Shown here piece after piece: positions 37,465 through 51,490 of a DNA stretch of 64,000 bases. Made by a program: the position numbers and the translations under genes. The notes beneath the pieces were generated by a model. That model saw nothing but the letters and a program-made list of their open reading frames with translations. It was not told the DNA's origin and searched no databases. Numbering within the stretch: position 1 is the first letter of the stretch; each line of letters opens with the position of its first letter. Location of the stretch: contig CM082598.2 in NCBI GenBank assembly GCA_040954595.2, positions 3,169,154 to 3,233,153 on the forward strand. The letters are read 5' to 3'. The stretch is from Balanoglossus misakiensis (Eukaryota > Animalia > Hemichordata).

Positions 37465-38190
37465 TCATTCGTCTGTGCTGTCCATCATCTCCAGAAACTG
37501 ACGAAATTCATTTTGCGTTTCTTCACAGCAAAATTGCATCATTTTAGTAAGACTGCAGCGATGGTTACAACACGTATCCACGATTTTGCTTTTGATGTCG
37601 TCGTCTGGAACTTGGGCTGGTTCGGAAACTTGCGAGTCATCTGCGAAAGACAAGAAACGACAAGGTATGTAAACAAGTGTCATTTTTGTGATTTAAAAGT
37701 TTGATAAAAGATCTGAAACATGGGTATTGGTCGCCTTGTTTTCATAAATTGTCTCCATAGACTTAACACAGAGATTGGCGGCCATTTTGAATTTCGAATT
37801 TGTGACGTTTTGACACAATCTTGCGCTGTCATTGAAATTTTGCACAGTGACCGCCATTTTTTAATTCTCAATTTTAAGAGAGCATAACCTACAGTTGCCT
37901 TGGGCAAAATATGAGAAAGTTTAAGACCTTAAGATTTTCGAGGCGCATTCTACCTTTAAAATGGTATATGTGTAAAGCGCTGAAAAATTTAAACGGATGG
38001 ACATTTACTCACTTTTTACAATAGGATCCTGAGTTGACGCATAACATCCATTGCACACAGCTTCGATCGTGTGAAACGTTCGTCTGCAGTATGCGCTCAC
38101 GTCCGCGTTTTGCTGACGCGGACGAGCGTAGCAATTGGCAACGAACAAAATCGTCACCATGGCAACGAAGACTACCTGATTGATTTCCAT
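37465..38190 (-). CDS. 8-cysteine insulin-like peptide (octinsulin-like 3), 117 aa; exons 38190-38013 and 37640-37465
   Basis: Signal peptide MEINQVVFVAMVTILFVANCYA and B chain YCRRTFHTIEAVCNGCYA. Phase-1 A|gtgagt donor and tttcgcag|AT acceptor. A chain KIVDTCCNHRCSLTKMMQFCCEETQNEFRQFL. Confidence 0.92.
37740..37959. mobile_element. Fragment of a dispersed TTAA-ended non-autonomous DNA transposon in the octinsulin-like 3 intron
   Basis: Ends ...GATTTTCGAGGCGCATTCTACCT-TTAA; related copies near 47990-48060, 52400-52534 and, inverted, 58764-58975. Confidence 0.7.
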
Positions 38191-40299
38191 AGTTCCTGAA
38201 GCAAAAAAAGAGAGAAGAAGACAAGATGAATGATTGTCACTTTTAAAGAGGAACCGAAGGCTTGAGGATCATGAACCAAAAAGGTATTTATACTGTGCAA
38301 GCTTGCTGTGACAAACTTTGTACTTTTCTCAAAAGTAATGCCTATGATTTTGCGAAAACCGGCTCTGCAACTTGCTGACAATGTCTGTATTCTTTGAGCA
38401 ACTGTTTACTCGAGTGAATAAGCTGATCTATGCGATTTATTTACACCCCAGCTACCAAGTGTCATGGAAGTCCCTGCAAGTGAATTTTCTGGAGTTTCCA
38501 CCGATCTGCCAGTCTATGACGACACGTCAAGCTCTACACGTGACCTCACGCAACACAGAAAGGATTTGACAGACTTTGGTGGTCACGTGATTCAGGTCGT
38601 TCATACTCAAGGTTGGCATTCGCGATAGGAGTTACAACTGACCACGAGAAGAGTTCTGCACAGCGCTGGATGAAAGTCTAAAAGGTAGGGATTGATTATT
38701 TCTGCTGAGAAAGTGTTGATGGAAGTTTCGCCATCAACAGGTAGGGTTGGTGGCCCAGGAGCGAAAACTGGGTCTCTATGTTTGGACCCTCGTCTCGCTG
38801 GAGAGCGCATGGTCAGTTGCCTAATCATAGGACTGCAACAGATCCATGGTCTTGTCCACATCCTAAACCTTGTCTGAGCATGTACCCTCACAGACAAGGC
38901 CCCATGCGCGACAAATGTGACATTTGTAAAGTTGAGAAACTCGCTTGACAAATGTCAAAACATAAAACGCACAGGAAACGGGTTTGCCGTGTGCGGGTAT
39001 CTAACCAGGCAGGCTGTACATTTGTAACTGTAGAGGCATATCCTGAAGGGGGGAGCAACCTTAGCGAAATGCCAGGAAGGTCGGAGATGTTTTGGTCCGT
39101 GTTTTCTTTCAAGGCGCTGTATGTTGCAACCCCAGGCCTATTGGAGTGTTTGGTTCGTCCATGGTCTATATGCAATGAGCGAAACGATAGATTGAATCTC
39201 TGGTCCTTTGAGGGCGCCTCGTGTCCACCAGAACCTCATTCCAAGCGACTGAAGCACAACTGGCTGATTTATTTGTGTTCTAAGGTACCAGCGACCGAGT
39301 TCATATCCGGAACCATAAGTTGTAGCTTGACCAATACGCAGGACATAACTATTAAATGTGTTCATTTACCTATAGTTAACATCTACCCATATATGGTTAA
39401 AAGGGCGTTTCTTAGTCGAACACTGTTTTCCTTCTTTGTTTTCAAAAAGACTTCTCGTACACCTCAAGCAAAGAATTGGAATATTTAAGGGACTATCATT
39501 GTTTCTGGCAACCTGTCCTTGTCGGTGTTTCAGGAATAAGTAATAGCCTAATCTACAAACACGTGATTTTTTTTAACTTTTTCAGATTTTCATTGCTCTA
39601 ATATGAAAATGTCACATTTTTTGTGATCATATCTTGCATAGTTTCTTTATTTTGACCCATAATTTAAGTCCAGTGGATCCAAAGCGTATTAGAGCAATAT
39701 ACGTAGTTGTGTATCGCCCTCTCTAGGCAAGGTGCGTGAATATGTGAGCCTTCGGTGCCTGAACAAGTACAGCAACCTTGGAAATTTAGTTTTCCACTGA
39801 AACAGTTTCGTCTGAAATTGCCGCATCCGATATCAGATGCGCAACAGTGAGATCGCATCAATGCTTGAAAGAGTAACGATGACAAACGACCTGTGGCGAA
39901 TTTCGTACCGTCTCACACACACAGGTGCGCTGTCTTCTTTCCCGGGAGGCACGCGCGCGTCGTCTTCTTGGTATTCATTCCACGCCGAATTCGCCGCGAG
40001 GCGCAGAGCAGAATGTCGAAAAACAAGTATGAGTCACCACCGCGGCGCTTCGTATCCGCTTTGACGGTCGGCCGAGTTCCGCTTTAATGCGAAGACGGGT
40101 AGCACCTGTTATCGCACGTTCGATCGCAGTGTTTAAACACGTTGCCTTATTTCGCACCGTTAAATACCCCTCCTCACTTAATCAACTTCGTGATACAGCC
40201 TTATAAATGTCGTATAAAGAGATACGTTAATGTTGTCGCCATCTCGGTCCGTTTCTTTTTTGTATATACCCTGTCCAGCTGCCCCCTCCAATATCATCC

Positions 40300-40406
40300 C
40301 CCCTCTCACTCCCCCCTCTTTCTCTCTCTCCCTCCCTCTTTCTCTCTCTCTCTCTCTCTCTCTCACCCCCTCCCCCCCTCTCTCTCTCTATCCATCTATC
40401 TATTTC
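40300..40406. repeat. (CT)n-rich polypyrimidine tract
   Basis: Directly visible; explains the RERERE and SLSLSL ORFs. Confidence 0.85.
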
Positions 40407-41251
40407 TCGGGTAAACCAGCCAAAGCTCCCCGCGACAGCTACATCAGTAGCCAATGAAATTTTGTTTGCCTCTCCTTGTTCTTGCCACTGGTAGTGGTAT
40501 GGCAGTAAACACCACCGGGCTAGGGCGCTTGAGGTCACACTGATTTGTACAGAACTCAGAAAGTCCCCTTGCCGCACAAATGCTTAAAGATGCGTCGAGT
40601 GACCTTGTGCGGTTTGGCGGTCGCCAGGAATGCGTTTTCGTACGCGAAATGTCGCGAATCGCAACGGGAGGGAGGCCGCGTGTCTGGACATTGATTTTTG
40701 TAGGGCACCCCAGCAAAGATACGCGGTTGAGTAACGGCAGTTGCCATAACCATAGAAAGTTTGGACAGAATGCGTTCTTGTAAATAAATATGTCGCACAA
40801 ACAAGTTGACAACCTTTAACAATGCAATTACAAAGTGTAGTAGACATTAAACAATGTTTAAACAAATTTCTGCAAAACATCAAGAAATGAAAAAAAAAAT
40901 GCCAGCGTGGTGGCAATGAAAACGAGAAAGCGAGTGATATCGCCGAACCGTTGGAAATGGTTTGCCAGGGTTTAAAAACTGAGAGATGGGTAGGGAGGAA
41001 AGAGAGAGGGAGAGAGAAGGAGAAAAAGATGAGTGAATCGAAGACATACCGATTGTTGACTAGGAGAATACTTCGATGGCAGTCTCTCGGTTATCGCAGC
41101 GAAGGCAGTGAACAACTCTATCCATGAAACGCCTAAAAACCCTTTTATTTTAAAGAGCCGATCGATTCTCTGAATCAGCGGGGCTGACATAATGTGGCCT
41201 TTACCAAATGACTGCGTCTCAGTGCGTCCGCCTGTCACGTGGCCACGCTTG

Positions 41252-41265
41252 TGACCTCTGACCCC
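41252..41265 (-). promoter_or_regulatory. DR1 element (TGACCTCTGACCCC) next to a CACGTG E-box
   Basis: Exact reverse complement of the 14-mer at 24377-24390; about 3 kb upstream of octinsulin-like 3. Confidence 0.4.
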
Positions 41266-44200
41266 GTGTGGGGATTAAAAAACAAATAGGCGTGATCGGT
41301 TTTCACGATTTAAAAAAAATCAGTTGCGGCTTTCTTTTTACAGATTTAAAGTTGATGAACTGCGCCATGCTGTTTCGGGCAACACACGACGCGTCGTCGG
41401 AAACATTTGCAAGTATTCCCGGGGAACACGACGAAACGGCGACGCGTCTTTCGCATTGCACGACTTCATTTCTCACTGTTGTCTAGTTAATATTGAGGGC
41501 GGTGACTGCGCGGGTCCCACGCGACTCATTTAGCCTCTCTGGGGGGAACGGTTCACAGAGAGGCAATTTGTTCTCGGTACAAAAAGTAATTACCTGTTTA
41601 TTTTTGCGTGAGGACTTCACGTCTCGGGTCACCGGCGGCCGGGGTCTGGAACCACATCGGGTACTGCGCGTCGTGAGTACGCGTGTGTGGGCGACCGACC
41701 GAAACATGAGGATATTTGATTTCAATTAAAACAGTATGAGAAAATAATTACGGCCCGGAAGGATGATTCCACGAGATTGATTGAGATGTTTTGCCACCGA
41801 AGTAATCATCAACTATTCTTTCATCGCTGCTGTCAGCGAAATCGATCGTTATCCGGAAATTTCCGACACCGAGCGCCCTCCCGGTGATCAAGTTGTGAAG
41901 GCAAATTACAGCTCTCGCTACTTATTTACGCGTCCGAACTTGAAAGTTTGAAGTTCCGCTAGGAAGTGATGTTTCAGCGGGGAAAAAATCCTGCTTCTAC
42001 TCTTATCCTCAGACCCTCTATCACTGTGATAGAGGGACTGTGTCTTATCGAAGACTTTCCAATTTCATATCAGCTCGCGACATTCGTCGAAAGACCAAAG
42101 AACGCTATGGCCGCGGCAATGAAACATTAACATCGTCATAGTACCCGGAAATTGAAGAAACGGACATTTACAACCACTTTTATCGATCGCCGACAGGTTT
42201 TAATCATAACGTTTTAATTTGCCACAAACGTCGATGTACTCATTTGCAAGTCCATGACGTCATAACTTGTGCTAAAGCTGTCGCTCGATTCAGCGTCTAC
42301 AAAATCAGTGGATCAGAAGTTTTCTTCTGTGTTTGTGTTAAATTTTCCACAACGTGTGAATTATGAGGCAGGCAATTCAAGGCCGGACACAAAATCAGAT
42401 GTAAACAATAATAAACAAACACCTGCGGAGGCACTTTTATGAGCTGAGGTCATTTCATATCTGTTGACACGACCATGATAAGGTCAGTGGATCGTACCAC
42501 CTTTAAAATAAAATAATTCTAGTTTATGCGTAAACAGAAAGAGCGAACGTTAAAAATACCAAAAGGGGAGGGGAGACATGCCCGCACAACAGTTTCTCTG
42601 ACGTAGATACTATGGCAATATTCGGATGATTATTATAACTAGTAATATAGCATTAATTTGCCCTGATTATGGAAACGTCACGCACCATGTTGGCTAAATT
42701 ACTGTCCCTCCGCGCATCGTTTGGCGGGATTGTGTGTTAATGACAAAAATTATCCGGCAAATTTGCGGGGAGGAAAGTTGTTTTCATTTTACACAAACAA
42801 CGTGGCCATCACCTTGGGGATAGATGAAGAGCTAATATACACAGGTATCCGGGGGTGTCCGCCTGACTGCAAGCGAAGTCTACCAAGGACATTACCATGG
42901 TGACGGGCCCGGCTGATAAATCTACTGTACGGTCTCAACTTAAAAGGGGATGGTCGTTTTATGCGCAAGTGCCAAACCAGAGACTCTGGTTGCAAAAAAT
43001 TGTATACAGTCAATGCCATGAGGAAGTGTGCTGTCCTAGCAACAGACAAGATGGCGGCGACCATCTGTGTCGGAGATCGGGAAAATTGGGTGAAAAGGAA
43101 CCCACAAAACTTAAGTCTGCTTATACGGTGCACGTGAAGTGTGGAAGGAAGCGAAGGCAGTCCACTAACGCAAAATTTGCAGAACATTTGGATTGGACTT
43201 AGTGTTTGTGCACACGAAATTACGTACATGCGCACAAGACGATCTTCGGCCCTTTTTAAAATTAACACATCCTGTTGTTGAGTTAACCATGTATTTTCCC
43301 TAACCTGGCAACTCGCGAACAGCCAGCCGAGTCACCCAGAGAGAAAAATTCACAAAAACCGTGGAAGAAAATCAATTACACGCATAGACATGGCCAACCC
43401 AGCCGCGTAGCCCTGAATATAGACGATGTGATTAATTCTTCATGCTGCCGTCGGCGGCACGACGAAAGCTACAGGGCGATTAACCTTAATCCCCGCGGAT
43501 TAGCCCGAACAAATCCAATAACGGAGCAGCTATTACATTGTTTACTTTGTGTCTTAGTCACTGGGAATTCGTGTGAACGGATTTTCAATGCACTCAACTG
43601 CCTATGTGAGGCAAAAGTCAACCGAGACCGGCGAAAGACTATACCCATAATGAGTGTATGTAAGAATGAACGTCTTGCGGATACAATACTTTTCTTGTTC
43701 TATACCCCATGGTAGTTGTGCAAACCAGCGCATTTTTGTAAATGCTAGAATTGTAGATTGGAAACATCATGATTTGGTTTGCATTTGCGGATATGTGATT
43801 TTGAGTTTCCTCTTTGCTGTGTTGCCCCTCCTTTGTCTGCCTTCTCTGTCTCCTTCTCTCTCTCCCTCCCTCCCTCGAACTACTCCCTCGAATGTTTCTC
43901 CAACGAGAGTGATAACGTATTGTTTTGTACACTCGAGGAAACTCTCCTGTAATAGAACGTACGTCGTGATGCGATATTGTTGAGGGCTCCCATTTTGACT
44001 AAAATCATTCGCGTCGTCCATCAGTTTAAACACTTACTTTGGACAACAAATCGCGTCGACAGAAGCCAAGCGTGGTTAGATGGTCCGTTAGTTCCGTTGA
44101 TCGATGACAGCGCGAACGCGGCAATGAAACTTGTCTCAAGCACCACTTAATCGAGGACTCGACGGTAAGACCCCGGCCGTATGACTCATTCGACCAGACT

Positions 44201-47200
44201 CGCTAAACCTCTATTTGTTGGTTATTGGCAAAGGAATTCCTCGCACACAACATCACAGCCGACGGTGACTCACCGCAGGAGATAAAAAAGTAAAGTGATT
44301 TTCCTCAAGTTGTTTTCGTGAAGATTAGCTGATCTTATATACAAGGGTCTTACTTTCTTATCTTTTAACGGTTTGCGCTTCGGTTTTAACGGCAGGGCCA
44401 CCCAATTACTGCTGACATGAGACAGAGCGCGTGTAATTAGCACAGATTCGTGCAAAGATGACTCAAAACCAGAAACGTGTTTGAGATGGTGGACATTAAT
44501 ATTGGAAGACTACAGCCCGGCGAATCTTGGTATAGGTCACGTGTCGCCCAATGACGTCATCACGTTTACAATTTCGCCAATTCTTTTCCCAAATCGGCAA
44601 TCAAAAGAAGTCATCAATCACCGCTGAACCGCCATCGTTAAAGTCTAAATACTTACAGAGGAACTGGCTGGACTAGAACATTTCATATGCTCAGCAAGAC
44701 CAAGGGGAAAAATGTTAATCATTTTGACGAAAAATACGCCAGAAGAAATTTTATTGATTAAAATCTACTTCGTCAAGAAAATGCTCTAGACAAATTTAGG
44801 TATAAGACCGAAATACACAGTACGACCAGTATAGTTTCCTTGTTATCATCACATCAAATGAAAATGATACGAATCGGAAAATGATGAAATGACGTCATTG
44901 AAAAGGAATATAATCCCCGATCTCGAAGACCTGGGTTCAAATGCACGTTTTGTGTTCGCAAACATATGTTCGTTTGTACTATCTCCCTAGAGGCTCGTTC
45001 GACACCAAAGCTTTGAAACGGAGCCGTCATTTCTCACAAATTTGTGCAAAAAGAAAGATTATGATTAATCTTATTCACGTCGCTTGCACGCGTACATCAA
45101 AAGACCGTTGTCGTCACATGTGTTTTGTTCTCGTGGAGAAGGGATCAGCTGTTGGAACGGCGATCCTGGAAGATTAGCTGCAAACTGCAGGTTTAAGCTG
45201 TATTCGTGAGAACGACGTCATCATCTTACAAGCAGCGAAAGCCTATTTGCCAATGACGAGCTTCCCCTCGCGTACGTGATCCTGTAAATATCTTCGTTAT
45301 TGGGTCAATTTGATCACAGGCACTCGATACAAAACTATCGAGTGTCTTTGATTTGATGAAGTGGCCATGCTTATTAACTCACTCTATCTCACAACCCTTT
45401 TCTTATAAAATGCATATTACTGCGATGAGAGGAAGTGTTATTAAGAGTTCGTGTGACACGCACTGCGATCGCGCGGTTTATTAGATGTGGTGTGAGATTG
45501 GAAAAAATAAAACAGCCAGTAACTTCCAGCTGGATCACATGTTCCCAAGTTAACTTTTTGGCCACAGTATTTTTATTTCCTCTAGCCTTGGCCTGTAATT
45601 CTTATATTCATTGGACAGTTAATGTGACAGATATCAAAACTGCACTAAAATTACCCGTTTTCTTTAAATTTCACTGTAGCTTTTATTTACTCCCATGATA
45701 CATCTCTCACGGTTTCAGAGAAACCAATTGATGTATGTTTATTTCTCATACTGATTTCACCCACTACTTCTTGTGGTACTGACAATTGCCGTGTGTAAAA
45801 CTGGTCAGGAATATTGTCATATAAGATGTTCCTTTTGTGGTGTATATTATCTTGTCCATGTTGGTGATTCATTAGAATCAGGTGCGTGAGATAGTCTGCG
45901 TGGGGTTAGTCTACTAAGGGGAGCTATGCTTAATACAGAGTAACCGTGGCTGAATTTGCTCAGTGAACGAATAGCTTTTAACGTATAAATGATTTGGCTG
46001 TTGTCGTCAGATAAATCATAAACACGTTTTGTATTTTGGTCACTTGTGAGGCATCCTATTTTTTTTGAAATCGAGGGACGACTTCATAAAAGGCTCTTCT
46101 TTAACAACAACCGCGTTTGATTAATATCATCTGCCGGATACACCATCAGTCGTGACTCGATTCCGCTGCAAATATCTTGTTTTTCGCGGGAAAGAAAGCA
46201 TAGCAGGATGGAGCAAGGCGATCTCCCAGGGTAACAAGACAACGCCGGGCGCGCGAGAAAGGCTTCTTTAACAACAGAGCATGAAATTGCACCCATATTT
46301 TTCAGTCAATAGACATAAACAGGAACTTAAGAATGAAATGGAACAGCCTCGCGCAAAGAGAAGCAAAGTACCGATTTTTTTTTCTCAAAAGAAACGAAGC
46401 GGCCTTTCGAATTACCAATTTGCAAGCAACACTTCTGCTCTCACGGTTATTTCAGTTTTTGCCTTCATAAATTGAGACGTGACCACAGACAATGGAAAAT
46501 GTCAGCGGACCTGTACTCTGTGCCAATCGATCGCGTTCGTTGCCATGGTTATCGAAGCGTGTTGTGTTGTATTAGACAGGTCTCTTCCACAAAAGACCTG
46601 TTTCGGCTGCTGCTGAGTTTTCGGGGTGTTTCCTAAACCGTGATCAGCGCTCGGTTTTTGAGGAAATGTCACCGCGATCAAAACACTTTCTTTTTAAGAG
46701 GAAACGCGAGCAAAGATTCCGACTGTTACCAAAAACACAATTACATTTACTTCGTGATAAGATTGTGAAAGTACCCTGTAAATAGTTTACATTGCACTGT
46801 TAGAACATTTTATACTGCAAAACAAGCAATTTGCAAAAATGTCAATCCAGTTTCACCATATTGCCTATAGACTCTGGGAAAATGTATGATGACGTTCCGA
46901 CCTAGAAATACTAAGTATGCCCATTTTAAATAATGCACAAATATTGTGAACGACGTCATAAGTATTAATTGCACATTTGTTGAGTACAAGAGGAGCCCAA
47001 TTGACTAGACTTGCATATTATTTATTCAGCATACAGTATATGTCACGCTCGGTTGACTAAGACCTGAAAACAGTGGTCTACGATTTCCCTCGATTGAGTT
47101 CATTGTAGTTTAAACGCCATGCCCCGGGAAATGTTCAATCTCTGATTACTATAGAAGAACTTGACTGCGGTGTTCTTTTACTTTCGTTCGTTCCACGTGT

Positions 47201-50200
47201 AGGTTTGCGCGCAGGAGTAACGCCCCCGGGAACCCGGGACTGTGCAAGTGAACAGCGCGATATGTAGTTCGCCTTTCTAAGAACCGCCTGGTCTTGTCGA
47301 ATCAGTGCGTCGTCGCTATCAAACTGCCCAAGTTTAAACCGAGATTTATTTGAGAAAAAATATGCAGATTATCAGGGGAAATGTAACGCTGTAAACTACA
47401 ATACGTCCCTTCATGGACCGTGGTCTAAAGAAACTTTAAGATGCCGGAATATTCGTCATTTATCTCTCCCATTTCATGACACTTGGCTGAGGTTCTTACC
47501 AAAAATCGAGGTTCTTACGTTATACAGCCTACAGAGTCAAAACAACCCAATGTTCTAGCTTACAAAGTCATATTTTAGGTACTCCGGATCCATGGTGTCA
47601 GTCTGCTCCAAATCGAGCTTTTTCCCAGAAATAACTTTTTTACAGAATTTTGCAGACCCATGTATTAAATTTCCCAGAGGTCACCACCGTATGGTGCTAT
47701 TTGCTGCGTGTTCCATCGACCAGAAATTAATAAGTCTTATCATTACTGGCAAAGTGAAATCGAAGCTTTGTAATCTTTGAAATTTGAAACAAAGGTGGCG
47801 GGTCTCGAGACGTGTGATATTATCTGTATTGTTGGACCACCCAATCTTGTATCGGAAGTAGGGTCCGTATATAGTCGACCTGATCTGACCTCAATAAGAC
47901 GTAGCGTTATATTTGGGTCGTACACTGTATCGTAAACCTGTCATGATTTAACTCGGGCACAGATTTTCAGAAAAATATCAGTCTTCAGAACTTTGCTATA
48001 AAAATGAGACCAATTTTTATTCTCCACTTTAAGAGAGGGTAATCTAAAGTTGCCTTGGGCTCGTGTTCAACTTTTAGTACATGTGGATGTTCAGTGTTCC
48101 TTGGGAACGAGGGTGCGAAAATTCGCACCAAAAATTGTCGGTTATTGAAAAAATGTGGCTAATCCATTCAAAATTACTTACATTTGAAAGGCAATGTTCA
48201 GTTTGTGACAGTGGGGCTGTGAGTCGGCGTCTTAGTTTATTCTTGAATAGTCCCCAGGCGCCGCGTAGAGTCAACTTCAGTGATATGAGGAATTTATTAA
48301 GGCAATAAGGATACACGTTACGTTGATACGTCATCAAGCGACCGAAGGGAATCGACCCTTGACATCGCGGTACACAGGTGTCAAGTAATAACGTTGTCTT
48401 GATTTCCGGTTGCAATTCACTTGTTTCCTCGAGATCAATTTGTCTTGCGTGATTTAGATGTCGTGTGCGTCCTCAGATGAAAGGAAAAAATCGAGACTGG
48501 GCTGGTGGATTGATGGAGGCAGTTCGATTTTGAGCTTGCTCAATATCGACCACGGATCAGTGACGTTTTTGGCATTTCTCAACGGGATAGTTTTAGCTTG
48601 TTGTCTGCCGGCTGTACAGCTGACTGGCTTACTGGAACGAGCTACAATATCCTGAATGATTGCCGAACCAGCTTATCACCTGATATTTGTCTGGTCATTC
48701 GTCTTACTGTATCTGCTTGACTGACTCTGTAATGACTTAGATGTCAGAAAACTCGCTGAATGAGAAAGCGAAGAGATGTCGGTGTGTCGTCCCGCGCAGG
48801 GCATGAACGTTTTACGGCCTTTCCAGACCCCACTATGTTCACGAACATAATTCAGGCTTGATTCAGCCTGTTTGAGGGGCAAATACGGATTCCCATCACC
48901 AGAAATAATAACAAACACAAACTTGTGTATATAATGTGCAAGGACAAATGTGTCAAAATGGTAGAGTTTACGAGATGGCCCAATTCCCGATGGTGTACTA
49001 CAACTGAAAGAATCCTGTTTGGCCCGATCAGGGCAGATATTTTCCACCGTGAAAAAGTTCTGTCTCAGCACTTTTAAAATCTCCTGCGTCACCAAGGGGT
49101 GTGTGTTGCATGTTATTAGAAAACAACAGTGCAATGTCACACAGCAGCAACCATAAAAACTTCTGACCCTTGAGCCATATCAGTAATGGACGCAACAACA
49201 CGAAACATTGCAAAACGATAACGTTTTCACTCGATAAAAAACCTGACATTTCAAATCTCACGTTGCGAGGAAAAACCATCTTGCATAAAAAACGTCCTCT
49301 TAGCAATAGCTTCCTATCGACAACTGTCTTTCTTAAATGCATGAGATTACGAACAGGGAGCCAGAATTAAATACATTTGCTTGGTTAAGCAATTTTATTT
49401 CAATTTGGCGAATTTCCGCTCCAATGGAAAAACGCGGTTCGGGGTCTTGTCCTCATAAAGGTGTTTATTTGATTGTCTGCGTACTACAGATCGGATTTAA
49501 TTTGAGACGCCCACCTTGTGTTATTTCATCAATTGGACCGTGTCTCCGAAGAGGAGACGAACAAGAGAAGGAGTAAATCTCGCTCCACGTGAAGCTGTAT
49601 ACTGCAAGTTTTTTTTTGTAAAATATCCCTCATTGCTTTCAGAGGGTTGAATTCTGTGTGCATCCCACTCCCTCGGCCGTCACTATCAAATAAAAGCTTC
49701 TGACATTCACCGCCTTTTTATCGAGCGCCTCCCGGCAAGACACTTTCACTTCATCGCTGCTACTTAGTTTTTCTTGTTTGCGCTCGGAGGCGTTTGAGCA
49801 TGTGCGACATTTCACGACGTGACCTTCTGAGACCCGGGGATATTCCGTGTGGGCAACGCACAAATTGACCTCTATTTATAAATGACTTTGAACCTTTCCA
49901 CTGAGAAATCATGCACGTTACCTGTTTGCGTGGTCGGTTGTTCCTGCGTGCACTGACGTTTTTTTTTCCTGCCCCCCCCCCCGAGGAATGGCGTACACGA
50001 ACTGATGTGTTCAACCCCTCTTTTCCACCGCCCATGTAAACTCTTGACAGTGGAACTTTAAAATGTGGATTTTTTACCCCTGCCCCGTTCAAATTGTCAA
50101 TTTTCTGTCAAAAGTACCCGGATTGAGCCTACATGTACAACAATGACGATCTCACTACCCTCGAACTTGATATGTATATTTAAGCTCAACTCGTGCCCAA

Positions 50201-51445
50201 AGACGACATAATTTGTTATCGTTTCAGCAAGTGAACAAAATTAGAAAATTTCCTTCTTATTTCATGTTTTCTCGTGAAATTGTTAATCTAAAGCCTTTCT
50301 GGTTGTCTTTTTCTTCCCACGGCCATTCTGGGTCGGTCTGCCACAGTATAATGAACTTGTTTCGTTCGTTGCTAGGTTTCATGTCAACGCAATGTTTCGA
50401 ACTTTTCCTTGCTGCGTGTGGTTTACCCCCTTGTAAAGGTGTAAGGTTTAAGGCCGCATGAGCTGCAACTTTTGAGAAATTATCATGAAATTTATTTTCA
50501 AACTGTTCTAATATTAGTCCATACAGGTGTATGTACATGTACTGAAGAGAGAGAGAGAGAAAATCTAAAAAAGGAAAACGTTTGGGCTGGGTAGGATTTT
50601 GGCCATCTTCCTTTTTCTTGTACTAGATTCTTTGTCATTTACTTTTGTGCCGTCCAGATTGCTGCCCAATAACAACTTTCTGACTGACTTGGCAGGGTGT
50701 CTGTGAGTGTCGGGAACCAGACACTGAGTCCGCGGCAAAAACTGCCCTAGATCACTCGAGCCCTGGGGTCAGACGCCGTGAAAATCGATACCTGTTTTCC
50801 CGGAGACTTGTAATTGAAACACGGCCAATCTCTTTGAAAAGGACACGAGACGACAGCTAGACAGGCCAACTTTATTCAATGCTGCAGGCTCGGGTATTTT
50901 AACGATCCCATTGGCAGCCGAACATGGCGTGAGTGTGTTTTTCACTGAGTTTTGCCTTCAGTCTGGAGAGTGTTCGCCACATGATGCAGTTTTCGCGCGG
51001 TCGACGTGCTGGCCGACACGTCAACGCCCTATAATTTCAGCGAGAAAGCTTTGAAGTTAGTCCTGACTCTGGTATATATTTTGATAGTAATCCAAACCTT
51101 TTATTTCTTTGCTAGAAAGTGTTGAACAGTCTTTTTGAAAACAAAATCGGCCATAATCGGCCAACTTCGCATCTGTGGTTTTGTCACAGTTCAATCGGTC
51201 TCTGAATCGACGGCTGTCTTCTTTGGACAACAGCTTTTGGCCGCATTTCAACTTGGGTTGTAAATAACCTTCAAAATGACCAGACGGATGTTTTCCCGCC
51301 ACTAAATGTTTTCGTGCCAGCAAAAGGTTAACACGGGACGTAAAACGTGCTCTAAATTTACCATAGCTCCGGGTTAGACACAGTAGTTGACGAGTTGTGA
51401 CGCAGCTCTTGTTTCAACATACCCCCCCCCCCTCGTTCTTACCAC

Positions 51446-51490
51446 TTAAAGGGACAAAGTCTCCCTCTCGCTGCCCTTTTTCCATTAATT
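51446..51490. mobile_element. Solo terminal fragment of the TTAA foldback MITE family at 35428-35784
   Basis: TTAAAGGGACAAAGTCTCCCTCTCGCTGCCCTTTTTCCATTAATT matches that element's arms. Confidence 0.8.

Noticed and set aside
42014-42036. Perfect palindrome CCCTCTATCAC-T-GTGATAGAGGG resembling the tet operator
   Set aside because: Spacing differs from tetO and there is no vector context; more likely a short hairpin repeat remnant or chance
42897-43202. Cys-containing ORF (CHEEVCC) as a possible fifth insulin-like exon
   Set aside because: Cys spacing does not fit CC-x3-C-x8-C, it is on the opposite strand, and no matching signal/B-chain exon was found
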